In this document: positions 13,313 through 26,594 of the stretch, piece by piece
How the letters are laid out: every line of letters begins with the position of its first letter
Position numbering within the stretch: the stretch's first letter is position 1
Source of the DNA: Kudoa neothunni
Taxonomy: Eukaryota; Animalia; Cnidaria
Length of the DNA stretch: 64,000 bases
Assembly (NCBI GenBank): GCA_964304625.1
Contig: OZ199840.1
Coordinates: forward strand, 2,716,787-2,780,786
Direction of reading: 5' to 3'
The notes under the pieces: model-generated
What the model was told of the DNA's origin: nothing
The model's database searches: none
The model's input: the letters and a program-made list of their open reading frames with translations, nothing else
Made by a program: the position numbers and the translations under genes

Positions 13313-16144
13313 TCAACATTTGTGGTCACCACCGCGTTTTCGTGGAGGCAGCTTTGAGAATGCTATCCACCCTAAGAATGGCTTCAGATGCTTCGAAAGC
13401 AGCTAGAAGTAATTTGTGTTTGACTTTGAAGGATTCGATTATTTTGAGCTGTTTCATATCGTCAATAACCCCCCGCTTCATGTCCAATCCCATCGTATTT
13501 TTGCCGTCATTATGAAGGGCTCTAAGTTGAGGAATAATATCTGAGCTAGGAAGACCACCATTATCAGCGATTGCTGTGGGCAATTGTCTCAGCGGCATTA
13601 GCGACAGATTCCAACTGCAAGAGATTCCCGTCCACTAACCGTCATAGCATATTTTTGAGCACTGTTGGGCCATTCTCATCTCAGAAACTCCGCCACCATA
13701 CACAATATATGGATCTTTGACAACTTTCGAGAGCACACAAAGTACATCATGCAAGGCTCGTTCAGCTTCATCAATAACTTGCAAGCTTGATCCACGAATA
13801 ACAATCGTACACGATTCGCCGAGTGGCAACTCCAGAAAATTTAATCATCTACAAAAAACTCATCATAAATATTTATTTCTTAACAAAAAAAAACTACAAA
13901 ACGTTAAAAATTCCCAAATTAATAATAATATTAATCAAAATGACCCATTAATATAAATACCTTTTCATCGCCTATCATAATTTCTTCGATAAGATCACAA
14001 TGACCAAGTTTAACTTTGTCAGGTGTGTCAAATGTAGAAACGATTTCACTTCCGAGAACGGTAGCCAAGCGTTCAACACCTTCGAAATCAGCGTGTTCAA
14101 TAGTCATACAACCAGCATCTACCAACAGTTGTTCGGGGTAGTTGTAGATCAGTTGTCTAGTGGAAATTGAAAAAATTTAGATTTCTTACATAAAACATAT
14201 CTAGATATATTGCAATAAATAAAATAATTAAGGCGCTGCTTTAAAATTTTACAAATATTTACATGGTCTTGTAAAGACTCACGTTTAAAATCAATTAGTT
14301 TTTCATAATCAAACACTTTTATCCGCATAACAACCTCCAATTATTATCCTCAAAATTAAAAAAACTTGAATTAATGCTAATTCTCGCTGAAAATTTCCAT
14401 TATTTGTAATTAAATATTGAGTTACGCGACTAAATGTTAATATATTTTGGATACGCACTACCCAAGTTATTAATAAATATTGAATAGCGATTTTCTCATA
14501 AATAATTAACTTCAATGCACTCAAATACTAGCATCAAATTCTCAATCTACTTTGAATATTTACTAAAAAACATTTTTTCCAATTTTTAAAGCTACGATTA
14601 CTGACATCAAACAACTTGAGTCTATAACAATTGCTGCATGGAATTAAATCTCAAATCAGATGGTGTGAGATCCGATAAAAATTGAAAATAATTTTTAATA
14701 AATTTTAAGTCAGTTACACCTTGTTAATTTTTTAAGCACTAATTCTATTTAGCACTAAATAGCGGTATTTATGGACCTAAGTGGTTGCCGCCTAACACTA
14801 ATCATTTCAATACGAAACAATAGTCCTCGATTTCTCATAACCATGCATGACGCTCGCGTAAAAATGATTTGCTATTATATGCTTAGAATAAATATGTAAG
14901 AATCTGAGTTGAAGAATTAAGTAACAAGCAAACAAACGCATGTCCCCCAACCAAATTAAATAAATTCACTTAAATTTAACCCCAACCAATTATTTCAAAC
15001 AACAACATACCTATTTATGAAACAGTTGATATTGTGTTGAAGAATTTGGTCGACTTTGTCCTTCATTTTTTCCTTTTCGGCAGCTTCCATTTCGCCAACC
15101 TTGGCAAAACGAATCCACGATAACTTTGGACCCAAATACCTATCAAATAATTAATTTAATTGAAAAACAATAAATCCACTTCAATTGAATACCTTAACTT
15201 TATCATAATCCATAGGAGTGTTGGCAAGGAGAATTCTTAGCATTTTCTAAACGCTTAGGTTGATTCGGGCCGATACGTTTATTCAAAATAAACCCTAAAC
15301 AGTGGAAAATCAGTTTTGAATGTCATGTGATCAAACCAAAAATCGATACCATCATCCAAAAATGAATCATTTAAATTGGCGCCCCATCTTTTTTATCACA
15401 TTAATTTTTTCGAGATCAATATCCGTGTTCTTAAGACGTAGCACCGCATCTACGGCCAACTCACAGAAATGATCGCAACAATTATGAAGAATCTTTGAGG
15501 ATAGCACAATTTTCGCAATATCCAATAATTCTTCTCTGAATCTGACAGGATCATCAAACGACAATGCCACCTTTGAATTCTCAAGTTCATCTTCGGCAAC
15601 TTTGAAGGCTTTGTGCCATCCCTCAATAATACTTTGAGGATGTATACCCAAATTGGTCAGACGCCTCGGCCTCCTAAAACGTACAATGCACACAATTAAG
15701 ATTGCTCAATGAACGAACACCCAATATCCCATTGTAATTACTCTCAAAAGCTCAGCGGGCTAACACCACTACACTCGTGGTACCATCACCAACCTCATCA
15801 TCTTGCACTTTGGCCATATCTACAAGCACTTTTGCAGCTGGATTGTCAATACCAATAGATCGCATAATTGTGGCCCCATCATTTGTACAAGCTGAAATAT
15901 CGTATTTTCCACTTTTCACCAGTATTTTGTCCTACCAATAACACCACCAATAAATAATCATCAATCAGTCAGTAGGCTAGGGATACCCATGCCCTTTGGA
16001 CCCAAGGGTGGATTTGAGCAGGTCTCCAATGGCAACCGCACCAACAAAACATGACTAAACCGAATTAAACATAACTCACACCAGGTAAAAACGTACAAGT
16101 CTTGCACTTTCTTGTCTCTCCTCACCCGCTAATGGATTCAACAT
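13313..16144 (-). CDS. CCT2: T-complex protein 1 subunit beta (chaperonin CCT2), ~7 exons; reading frame broken by ~12 single-base insertions in this sequence
   Basis: Motifs [90 protein letters not shown] and [20 protein letters not shown]. Canonical GT-AG introns; long intron ~14158-15010. The start codon position is approximate. Confidence 0.95.
14661..14722. repeat. Dispersed repeat fragment in the CCT2 intron, homologous to the MITE at 25093-25217
   Basis: GTGAGATCCGATAAAAATTGAAAATAATTTTT..AAATTTTAAGTCAGT.AC.CCTT aligns by eye with ~25114-25171. Confidence 0.7.
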
Positions 16145-16250
16145 ATTTTATAGTGTTCACAATTGGCAGAAAAAACTCACACGACACCGGTTCACCTACC
16201 GACAGAGTTCGTATCTATTCGTTACTATTTAATCTTGACTCATCATTGTC

Positions 16251-16528
16251 ATGCTACCTCTAAAATTGTATCTTGATCCAAACAAATTTCCAATCTATAC
16301 ATTCGTGTTGACTTTGACTGGTTTAATTTTTACATTGTGGTTTCTAGCGTATGTTTATGCGATGGGTTGGAGATAGAATTTTTGAATTGTTTTTCGTGTA
16401 GTGGTGAACTGAGCAAATCTCCAAATAAACGAAGTTTCGTCAGAGAAACTGCGGTGGTTATACTCTCTTCGGTGTTTCTTGGATTTGGATTTATTGGGTT
16501 TCTACTCTCATGTTCCATCAATCTTTAG
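16251..16528 (+). CDS. TMEM258: TMEM258 (oligosaccharyltransferase small subunit), 2 exons (16251-16348, 16402-16528), 74 aa
   Basis: Spliced product MLPLKLYLDPNKFPIYTFVLTLTGLIFTLWFLAGELSKSPNKRSFVRETAVVILSSVFLGFGFIGFLLSCSINL parallels TMEM258 ([60 protein letters not shown]). Two hydrophobic helices; clean phase-2 GT-AG intron. Confidence 0.85.
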
Positions 16529-17611
16529 AAAGATTAATTTTTGTTTTACAACACTATCATGAATGTGATTTTTTCTATTAAAATCGTGTTTTTATTTATT
16601 TGATCAGTGAAAAGTGTAAAAATCAAATAGTTCCTGTTATTTTGAGTAACTAGCTGGATGCTCTTTATTCGTTATAGAGGGTTTTCTCATTTTTGTTAAT
16701 TCAGCAGTGATTCAAAATTTATTCGAATATATTTAATTATGTATTATTTTAAAGTGTTTTCGTGTGGATATCCTTAATGGATGATAAAATGACGGCATGG
16801 TCTGCCCAATTGTCACATGGTGATTAACAATAATTCGCCATTACAGCAATTATTTTGATTATATTTAAACATTTAATTTAAGTATATTTTAACTAAACAA
16901 ACGTGTGATATTATATTAAATTTATCACTATCATATTTCAGTATTAACGATCTAATATAAGGATAGTCTCAATACCAATTGTGTAACGAACGAGTACTAA
17001 ATGTTACAACTGTCGCCAATGTTGATATCATTTTAAAGTAATATTAGGTTTTTTTGTGTTAATTAAGTATAAATTCGACTGAATATCTTCAAAATGAATT
17101 CAGACAAAATATAAGATTAATTGTTCAATGTATGTTAGAGTTCATTTAGAAAAAATAAACTATGAATTTATTTTATGCATGCATGCACCAAAATCGGGCT
17201 ATATTCAGAAGAGTTTAATGGATAATTAAAAACTTTTAAACAAATTTATTTTTTTATATAAATAATTTTTTTATTATCAGATGCCTAAATCTACATAGGG
17301 AATGAGCGTGCGTGCTGACAACGAGAGGTTATCTGGAGTCACCGACTTTATAGGAAGGGTCGGCAACCTTTTTGAGTGACGGATTCGAACAGACATCCCC
17401 TAACTCGGCTAAAGTACAGTAGAGTGGAAAAACTCATGCGGCACTTCGTATTAAAATTAATCTATTAACATGCTAGATTTTTCTTAATTCAAGTTTTTAA
17501 TTTCAATATATAAAAGAATTTGTTAAGTCATTTAAAACTATGAAGGTACGTCAATTCAAAGATATTCTATTCGAATAATTTGCAAGTATAATGCAATCAA
17601 CTAGTGCTTAA

Positions 17612-17990
17612 CCCTCGAAGGACGGCGCGCCTAAAAATCACATAGGGGACGGAGTGGGGCCCAAATGGACCTTAGCAATTTTAACTTATTTTTTTTCGAA
17701 ATTTTTACCAAATCACACATTCGTAACCAATACATATCGAAATTGTATGTTATGAAGTCAAAAAATACATAACAATTATAAATTTGAGAGAAAATCGAAT
17801 ATATCCAATGGATAACTGACAACTATTACAGATATTCGACGTGTAATGAGGATTTTGAGCGAATATGTAATATATGTTCTAGTAGATTTTGATTTTAGGA
17901 TGTTATAAAACGTAATGATATAATTGTCGGAATAGTCTTCGCTATTAAAACAATGACAACATATCGGTCGATTGTGATGCACAAAACCTG
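17612..17990 (-). mobile_element. Orphan 3' end of a piggyBac element
   Basis: TTAA-CCCTCGAAGGACGG terminus with a GGGCCCAAATGGACC subterminal motif. The minus strand carries a Cys/His remnant (HHNRPICCHC) like the piggyBac C-terminal Cys-rich domain. Confidence 0.5.
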
Positions 17991-18132
17991 GAATAACTAG
18001 TAATCTCTCTAATAAGTAGATTAAATTCGCACCCTAATTAATCTATTCATTACACTCTCTAATGACTGTAAAATTGAAATTACAAAGTATCTAACGACGT
18101 TATTTCAATACTTATTCTTATTCTTATTCTTC

Positions 18133-18168
<36 letters not shown>

Positions 18169-18221
18169 CAACAACAATTTGATGTTAATATCTCATATTG
18201 GTTATGTTTTAATGTGATAAG

Positions 18222-20027
18222 TAGGGACTGTATTTTTCGATTTTAATCGTCGAATTTTTTAGGTTTCGACTTTTATTTTTTCGGCAGAAACTCAGCTGTA
18301 ATTATTTGGTTTTGCAACTGTTGGAATGGGAAGAAAATGCAAAGAAATCGATAGTTTTTTGAATGAATGAAGCGATTTAGAAAATGCAGATGACTCGTTA
18401 GTCTGCAAATATTGCAAAATAAAAATTTCCACGTTAGCAAAACAGTGTTTCTGAACATATTTCATCCCAAAAACATATATCGACGAAATCTTCCTCTCTT
18501 CCAAATATATTTTATAGAGATAAGACAAACAATGATCTTGAGATAGATTTAATGTCCGTTGTTGCGTTTGGTGGACTTCTATTGTCATTACTTGACAGGG
18601 AACACATGCTACGTAAATTCCTATCAAACTATTGTTGACCGTCTCAATCCTTGCCAGACAGTCTTGCATTGCTAAATAAATATTTGCCTATTTTGTTTGA
18701 ACAGAATGTTACTGTGGTGAAAACGATTCTAAAATATCGGTGATTTTCCCTTATTATTGACGAGACGCCTGACTTTAAAAACAAGCCCTTGTTTAATATT
18801 TTGATATGCTTCTTTGAGACAACACTCAAAGAAAGGAGTATAATTATGCTTGTCTCTAAAATTCTTAATGAATGCAATGCTATAGTAATTGTAAATGAAG
18901 TACCTAAATCATTATGTACACATGAAATTAGCTGGGAAAATTGCTTGGCCATTGTATCGGTTTCTGCGCTTTATATGAAGAAATATTTCAAAAGAATATC
19001 ACTCATATATAGTCATATTGTCCGAACACCTTTTTTCTCTCAATTAATTCATTGTGCCATAATAAAAAACGATTAATTCAATTTTCCCAGATATAAAACG
19101 ATTTTGCATGAAATTTTCTTCCCTTATTGTTAAAAACAGATCTGCTAAATGCCAATTACTTTCTTTCTTACAAAAAAATGACATTGAATATATGAAAGTT
19201 ATTCCTCGAGTGGTTGGTATTAGGTGGCACAGCTTGTATAACTGCATTTTATCTTGCTGTAAATATCTCTCAGCTATAAATCAGTTGCTACTAGAATCTA
19301 AACATATTTCTATTTCAAAATTTATCGCAATGTTCGATCTGTCTTCTGCCTCGTTGGATAATATGTTGATTTAATTTAGATTTATTATTAAGCCTCATTC
19401 TCTATTAATGATTTCTGCCATGAAATCGAATCAAACAGTTCTTTCGGCATCTCATACCTCTACGACTGGGTGAGTTCAAATTACAATTTAAACCAAGATG
19501 AAATAATAACAGTTAATAGCAATATTCTATCATCTCTTCATTTGGACAGAAAAGAAAAAATTATTGAAAAAATGACAGTATTTCATAAATGCCTTGTTGA
19601 ACAACTTACAAATACAATTCAAAAACAAAATGAAGGTTGTTTCCCATCATGTAGCTTTCTTACTTCAATGAAGAATAGCAACTTGTCTATAATAAGCAAT
19701 ATTAACGAAGTGAACATAAAAGATGTTGTGTCATTTGTTACCGCAAATAAAAGGGACGGGTTACAAAATGAATGCGTATCATTATCTTATTTTAATAAAA
19801 ATGATTTGATGGACAGAGAATTTTGGAAAAAATATGATACACAGTATCCTCTCATGTCACAACTCACACAAGATTTGTCATCAATTCCATTATCATCCAT
19901 ATCAGTTGAGAGAAGCGTCTCCAAATTAAAGCACGTATTCACATGTGACAGAATAGATCTATCTATTGAAAGATGTCGAATGCTCGCAATGTTGTATTTT
20001 AATGGCGGATTAGAAAAACAAAGTTAA
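18222..20027 (+). mobile_element. hAT transposase pseudogene
   Basis: BED-like CKYC, IIDETPD (first catalytic Asp), IRWHSLY (TRWNS motif) and FWKK...YPLMSQL...SIPLSSISVERSVSKLK...DR (hAT dimerisation domain). Putative left end TAGGGACTG at 18222; the right end was not found. Confidence 0.85.
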
Positions 20028-20031
20028 TTAA

Positions 20032-22091
20032 CCCTCGGATGATCATAAAAATTATGTACGTGTAAAGTACTTTGGGGAAAAAAATAACCCGACTATTTTT
20101 TTCGTTTAAAATACGAAACATATTACAGAGTTGCAAAATTAGAATCTAACAAAATTCCAGCCGACAGATTTAATTTAAACCCCACTATAAAGTGATATTT
20201 ATTGTGGGACGTATGTGCACCAGTGTGCTTTTTTCAATGAGCGGCTCGGATGATTTGTACGATGAATTCTGTCCTTCTGAAAGTGAGTGTGAAGATCACA
20301 ATTACGAGGATGAAGAATTTTCAGAAGAAATGGAAATAATCGACATTGGAATTGATGCTCTTACGAGTAAAGATGGTATTCAATGGAGGGTTTCAAAGCC
20401 TCGTCCAACAAAGAGAGGTTCAGAGAATAAAATGTACCCACTGCCTATGTTCGAACAAAAATAAAAAACATGCTGACCTGTTTTTCATTATTTTTGAATG
20501 ATGAGATCAATAACAAAATCATTTTGTTTACAAATATGCTTGGTAAACATCATTTTGGCGACCAATGATACGATCTTGATTTTGTAGAATTTAGGGGATA
20601 TTTAGGATTGTTAATCCTTATGGTCATCCATAAGGATAGAGAGGAGCCTATAAGTGAGTTATTCAGCCAGAAGGAGGGAAGAAGAATCTATCGGCAATTA
20701 TTTTCACTTCGCCGCTTCAAACATATTTCCCCAGCACCGCATTTTGATAACTTTAATACACGCGAAGAATGTAAAAAGTTAGGCAAATTCTGTGCCATTC
20801 ATGATATATGGTATAAAATTCTTTCTACTGGTTGATCCAGTCGACAATTACGTTTGTAATGCCAGCGTTTACTTGGGAAAGAATAATTCTGAAACGAACA
20901 GACAAACTAACGTGGATGAAAGCATCGTACTCAACGTTACAACTCATTTGTTTGCTTCTGGCTGAAATGTTGTCGTTGATAATTTCTTCTCATCGATGTC
21001 TCTCGCGAAGAAATTGTTGGAAAGAAAGTTGACTTTTTTGGGAGCAATGAGAAAAAATAAGTGATACCATCTTGTTTTCAACCTTCAAGAAAATGACCTC
21101 TTTATTCCGTCATTTTTTCGTTTCACGATAAATATATGCTATCATATGTGGCAAAAAAAGGAAAATCTGTGATTCTTCTAACTTCCGGAACACATGATAA
21201 CTCTATTTCTGAAGAATATCTTAAATTCAAACCACAGCTAATATTAGATTATAATAAAACTAAAGGCGGCGTATATAATATGGACAGGATGCTCGCATCG
21301 GTTTTTGTTCGTGGATTTGTCATTGGCGAATGCTTTTGCATTGTATGAAGAAATATTTGGTGAATCGAATAATGGACGAACCTTCCTAAGGAAGATCGCA
21401 GTGCAACTCCATGAACTGTTTAAATTGTTGTTGGCCACACATTCTACCAATGTACCGGCAAAAAGGCACATCAATAAAGCAAATATGTCCCATTTGCAAC
21501 CACCCGTAAACATAAAAAGTGCACGATATGAGTATTTCCTCGAAAAAATGATAAAAAACTACAAGATGGTGTCATAAATGCTATAAATTTTATTGTCCAA
21601 TACATTTTTCAAACATTTGTTTAGATTGTTCTTAATCAATATTCCCCAAACTTAATGTTTTTGCGCTGGAAGCTATACTTAATGACTTGGATGAGTCTAA
21701 CCATAATATAAAATTACGACATGCAGATTTATACTGAACTATTGACGGAACAGATTAAGCCACAATTTCCTAGCGTGAGATATGTAAATTTATTTCAATT
21801 GTGTTTATAAATACATTATATATATATATATATATGAATTAAAAGAGTTTTTTTTAATAACTTAAACGTAAAAAAATGGGTGGGGTAATTTCTACCCCAA
21901 AGTACATTAGAAGATAATCATGCGATAAATTTTTTAATATAAAATATTTAAACATATTTCAGTCTAAAGTTAAAAAGAAATGTATGTTATAGGAATGCAT
22001 AAAATCTTAAACTCCAAAATTTCCAACATAAGGAGATATACGAATTTTAAAATCGCATTGGGGTAGATTCTACCCCAAAATCATCAGAGGG
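20032..22091 (+). mobile_element. Internally deleted piggyBac inserted immediately after the hAT stop codon
   Basis: TTAA-CCCTCGGATGAT ... ATCATCAGAGGG-TTAA (11/12 TIR match). Remnants HFDN, VVDNFFSS, VILLTSGTH and DYNKTKGGVYNMD. The VDE..QY.P.K block is missing at ~20820. Confidence 0.92.
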
Positions 22092-22178
22092 TTAAGCAAA
22101 TTTCTTAATAATCTAAAATTTCACTTAATGGGATTTTGTATTTGTTTAATGAAATAAAAACCTTAGCTCCGCCTTTAA

Positions 22179-22331
22179 CCCAATAAGACCGAATGTATAA
22201 AATTATTTTAAGAGTATCATTAAATTACAAAAAATGAGTCTTCTTGATATATCTGAAAACTTATTCCAGCTTCCATTAATTAAAACATTTACAGAAAGCA
22301 TTTAATCGATTTATAATTTAGTTTGGAAGGG
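22179..22331. mobile_element. Short TTAA-flanked piggyBac-derived MITE (family shared with 56339-56484)
   Basis: TTAA-CCCAATAAGACCGAATG ... GGAAGGG-TTAA; shares TAAGACCGAATG and CTTCC..TAATTAAAA with the copy at 56339. Confidence 0.55.
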
Positions 22332-23137
22332 TTAAATCGAGAATAAAATCAGTTGACATCATATCTAGCTTATTCGCACACTTTCAAATTTTCATCGTTT
22401 TCTACGTGCTCTGACTATATCAAATCAAAGAAAACTTTGAATGAAAATTGCTTTCAACAAATAAATAATCTTAACATGGCAATGGGTCGTTTAATTTTTA
22501 CGAGACCTACGCGTTCGTTAATTATGAGAGATTAGCCGATATGACTATCTCCATTTCTCAAAATTCCATTATTAAAATTGTTGTAAATTTAATAAAACGG
22601 GCTGATAATATTTTGTTAGGAACGTAAAAAATAAGTATGATAGGTCGACACGATCCTACTACTTTAGAAGGGTTAATATTATATGAAAGTTTTGGCAGAA
22701 AAGAAACATGGATATTTTATATATTTACACATTCCTTGCAATGTTTCCCCGTCAATATATAGAACATTTCAGTTATTTCATATTTTAATATCTTTATGAA
22801 CCCAAGATAGTAAAGTTTGTTATAAAAACTTTTTGATAGAAAATTAGCAGTTGTCTTCTAATAAATAAATAAATAAATAAATCTCATACTGATATTTCAT
22901 ATCCTAATTTTAATATACATGATTGAATTAGAGCATTTAATTAAATGAATTTTATCATACTTTGTCCCATAAATATATAATTATAATAATTTCAAATTAT
23001 GTTTAATTGAAAAATTTTTAAAATCATTACAAAATAGAAAACCAACAAAATTATAAATTCTATATTTGTGCGTAAAAAATGATTTATTGTTTTCTTAATA
23101 CAACAAAAATAAACCACTAAACATGATGATAGTATTA

Positions 23138-24157
23138 CTACGGAGATTGATTATTATGAAGTAGCTGTTCAAAAACTTTTCCTCTTTCATTGGGAGGAGT
23201 TGAAAAAAAATAAGCTGCCTGGGAAGAGTACTTAATTTTAGGGTTGTTCATATCTCTGAATTCGTTAGTGTTCCAGTGGAAATTGAATAGATGAAGCAGT
23301 CGCAATTTTTGTTCCACATTACTTAATAGGGTGTCTTTTGGAGGTTTGTAATGGAAAACACCAACATTTCCTTCAATCACAAGGTTAGATAGGCAAATTA
23401 TCCCACCAAACGAAAACCACCCTCCATAAATAGGATGCAAGGATACTCCCAATAATTTTTTACTTTATGTTGAAGTTATTTTAAAAAATAAATATGTAAA
23501 TATACATATGCTTTGTATTGTCATATGTGTTGAAAGACTGTACTCCAACGCCACACCACTCCTCACAACAACGAACAGCTCTAGCCGATTCCTGATCATT
23601 TTCGCATTGGTAGTAATAAGTTGCTCCTGCTGCATGTCCTGCTGTTTGGCAGTGTACGTATGGTAGCATAGTGATGGGATGTATATCTCTGTCACTATAG
23701 CAATGTATTCTTAAATCTCTATCATATATCTGTTAGTTTTGTGTGAAACACTACACGTTCAATAAATACTCTGATGGTAATGATAACTCTGAGGATAATT
23801 CCAATTTCAATTTTGAAATCAACTCCTTTAACATTAGCCGTCCCCCGCTATCAACGGGATCTTTAATTGGATAACTGTAGATATTAGACTTAAAACGGAG
23901 GAGGATTTCATCGAAAATGTTTGGTTTTTTGATAACTATAAAAGCGAGAGATTTGTCTAATTGGGCCAGCTTTAATTTATCGTTTTTTATTAGCAAATTA
24001 TACCATTCAACCTGCAAATATAAGAACTCATTTGAAGAATTCTGATACATAATGATACTTTCATTGGATACAGCTCGAATGGGGTATCTTCAAAACACCG
24101 ATTGACTGCATTAAATATTAAAGTTAACTTATTTTCGCTAGCAATATGTTCTATCAT
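23138..24157 (-). CDS. MMACHC: Cobalamin-processing chaperone CblC (MMACHC), ~4 exons
   Basis: Motifs FELYPMK|VEWYN, DPVD, HCQTAGHAAGATYYYQ, GVSLHPIYGGWF, FNFHW...FRD and YS.....FFSTPPNER, in the same order as in MMACHC. Confidence 0.93.
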
Positions 24158-25016
24158 TTTAGTTCACCTGGTAGCAAATAAAACTTGTATTTTAAGATGC
24201 TCAAAACATCCTCTTGAGTATTCAATGAATCAATCGGATTGGTGGGATTTAGCCCTTAAAATCTTAGCATATAATTATTATCGTTTAGTTTCTATCATAA
24301 TCAAAATAATTCGATAAAATAGTTATTATAATTACAAAACGTCAAAATACTATCAACGAGATTTAAATTATTGAATAAAAGTGTTGAATAGTAAATTATT
24401 TTAAGATTAATATTTATTATCGATATACTCAAATCTAATTATTAACAAAAAATAGTAAAAAATTATTATAATAAAATGATGTGTTGGCAACGCGTAAGTT
24501 AAACGCTGAAGCCTCGTGAATCATAAAATTTTACTTAATATTTGATCTGCACGCGCATGGGATCAGTCGTTTTTTTAAGATATTTTTTACATAAAATAAT
24601 TAATATGGAGCGATGAAAAGACAAATCGAAATAATTAGATTTAAATTCCAATATTATCCGTTTTATAATCTTCCACTTGACTAGCTATGACTAATTATGC
24701 TGATTTATATTTGGTTTTAAAAATCCAGTTGCCTTTAACAACTGTTTGAAGTTATAATGAGAATTTTTTATGCGAATCAAATAAAAATTTTGTTTAAAAT
24801 CATCAAATCAAATAATTGGGGAGAATTATGTAGAGAATCATTCGTATGTTGACAATCATTAATGAATTAAAAATTTTTCGAATTAAAATTTTACCATATT
24901 CTGTCGTCGATTAGAAATCCACATATAGCTAAGGATTTAATGTAATTTCCAAATTATATATTATGATGATAAAGCACTTAATAGTCAAAACTAATTTTGG
25001 TACTAAGGAGAGATTA

Positions 25017-26594
25017 CAGTTGAACCTCCCTATTGCGTAATTTTTTTTCATTCCCAAAAAATTACGCAATAGGGAGGTTTTACGCGATACAGCAGGGGTT
25101 CCCAACTGGGGATGTGAGATCCGATCAAAATTGAAAATAATTTTTGTGAAATTTTAAGTCAGTGACGCCTTAACGTATGCAAAGGGGTGTGAGTCCAGTT
25201 TTATTTGAGAAGCACTGCAATGCAGGGTATTAGAGCAAGCACATTATGTATAAAAAAAGAAAATTTGTTTGGGTTTAAAATAACCGGAATTTCAATTTGT
25301 TCCTATCACTTTTGGATTATCTCAGATATGAACTCCATAACTGGGTGTGTTTTGGAAACAATGCAGATGGGTTTTCTTGCATAAAAGTTTTCTGATTAGA
25401 TTAATTGATTATTAGAGTTCTGCAGTTGACACAAGTGCTTCATCTTTTACAAAATTTGGATCGACATTATTTTTAAAGTTATCAACTACATACCTTTCAG
25501 GTAAAACTATTGATTCTTCGTGTATTTCTTTCTCTTCTTCGTTGTTATCTACTTTGTCAAATTTTTTATCTAAAAATTAAAGTGGATAAACAATTAAATA
25601 GTGTGACGAAATTTTTAACATTATTTTCAGGAAAATCTTGAGGAAATTTTTCATTACCTAATAATGTTCAATTTAATATATTGGAGCATCAAAATACAAT
25701 GTTTAAAACGTTTAAATTCTTTGAAACAATTTATTTAAAAAAGCAGTCGATGATACGTTTTCCCATGCATTATTCAAAGGTTTAATAAAACCAAAACGGT
25801 ATACTTAATTGAATTTGAATTACTTATATTTATTATATTTCACTCTTCGTATTCTAGTGAAAATTTTAGGAATGCTCCAGAAAAATCAATCACAGTTTGA
25901 CTAATCACATTGTTGGTTTCATGAAAACTTTTAATAATTAATTCCAAGTCTATTTTAAATCCCATGAACCAACCGGTACTATGGCTAAAATGTTCAATAC
26001 CTATGGATTTAACCATATTTTTTCAGCAATTAAGTAAGCAAGAACAACCATTTTCTCATTTTAGTTATCCATATATAGATTAATTAATTAACTCCATGTG
26101 TTTGTCTGCTTTCGTTCTTTTTCTTGAAGTCGAAACAGTAGATTTAATAATATCATTTTGATAAGTTAAAATCGCAACGAATATAGAATGCCTTGCAAAT
26201 ATATTATAATGGGGTTGGATAATTTTACATTAATAGATGGCTTGCTATGTTTAAAAGTCATAAATTTCGCCCTTTTGAGTGATTTAATCGAATTATAATA
26301 TTCGATAATTTCAATTTTATCAGCCACCGTTCGCTGACTTCTAGAAATTTGTGTTATGCAGAATTATAAAAGAAGATTAATTGCGAACTAAACTGAATAA
26401 AATGTTACTCATTAGCGAGATTTTACTTTTAGCGCTCTATCTTAATTTATACTTCTTTAGTAAAACATTTTTATCGTTGCTTTCTCAACTAACATTAATT
26501 TAAATTTATCCGAGCAAAAATTTAAGTTGAAAATTTAAAAAATCCTCTATATTTCAATAAACTTGTGAAATTATGAAATATTCAGATTCGACTG
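25017..26594 (-). mobile_element. Decayed pogo/Tigger element
   Basis: TA-CAGTTGAACC ... GATTCGACTG-TA ends, with subterminal palindrome AACCTCCCTATTGCGTAA/TTACGCAATAGGGAGGTT. Minus-strand remnants TVADKIEIIEY (psq-type HTH), FSHSTGWFMGFK (CENP-B HTH) and NAWENVSST. Confidence 0.75.
25093..25217. mobile_element. hAT-type MITE nested in the pogo element
   Basis: CAGGGGTTCCCAA ... TTGAGAAGCACTG ends, with a degenerate 8-bp TSD CGATACAG/CAATGCAG (6/8). Confidence 0.6.

Noticed and set aside
17612-22672. One giant composite piggyBac carrying a hAT transposase
   Set aside because: The two outer ends agree only in TTAA-CCCT and their subterminal motifs differ, so they look like ends of different elements.
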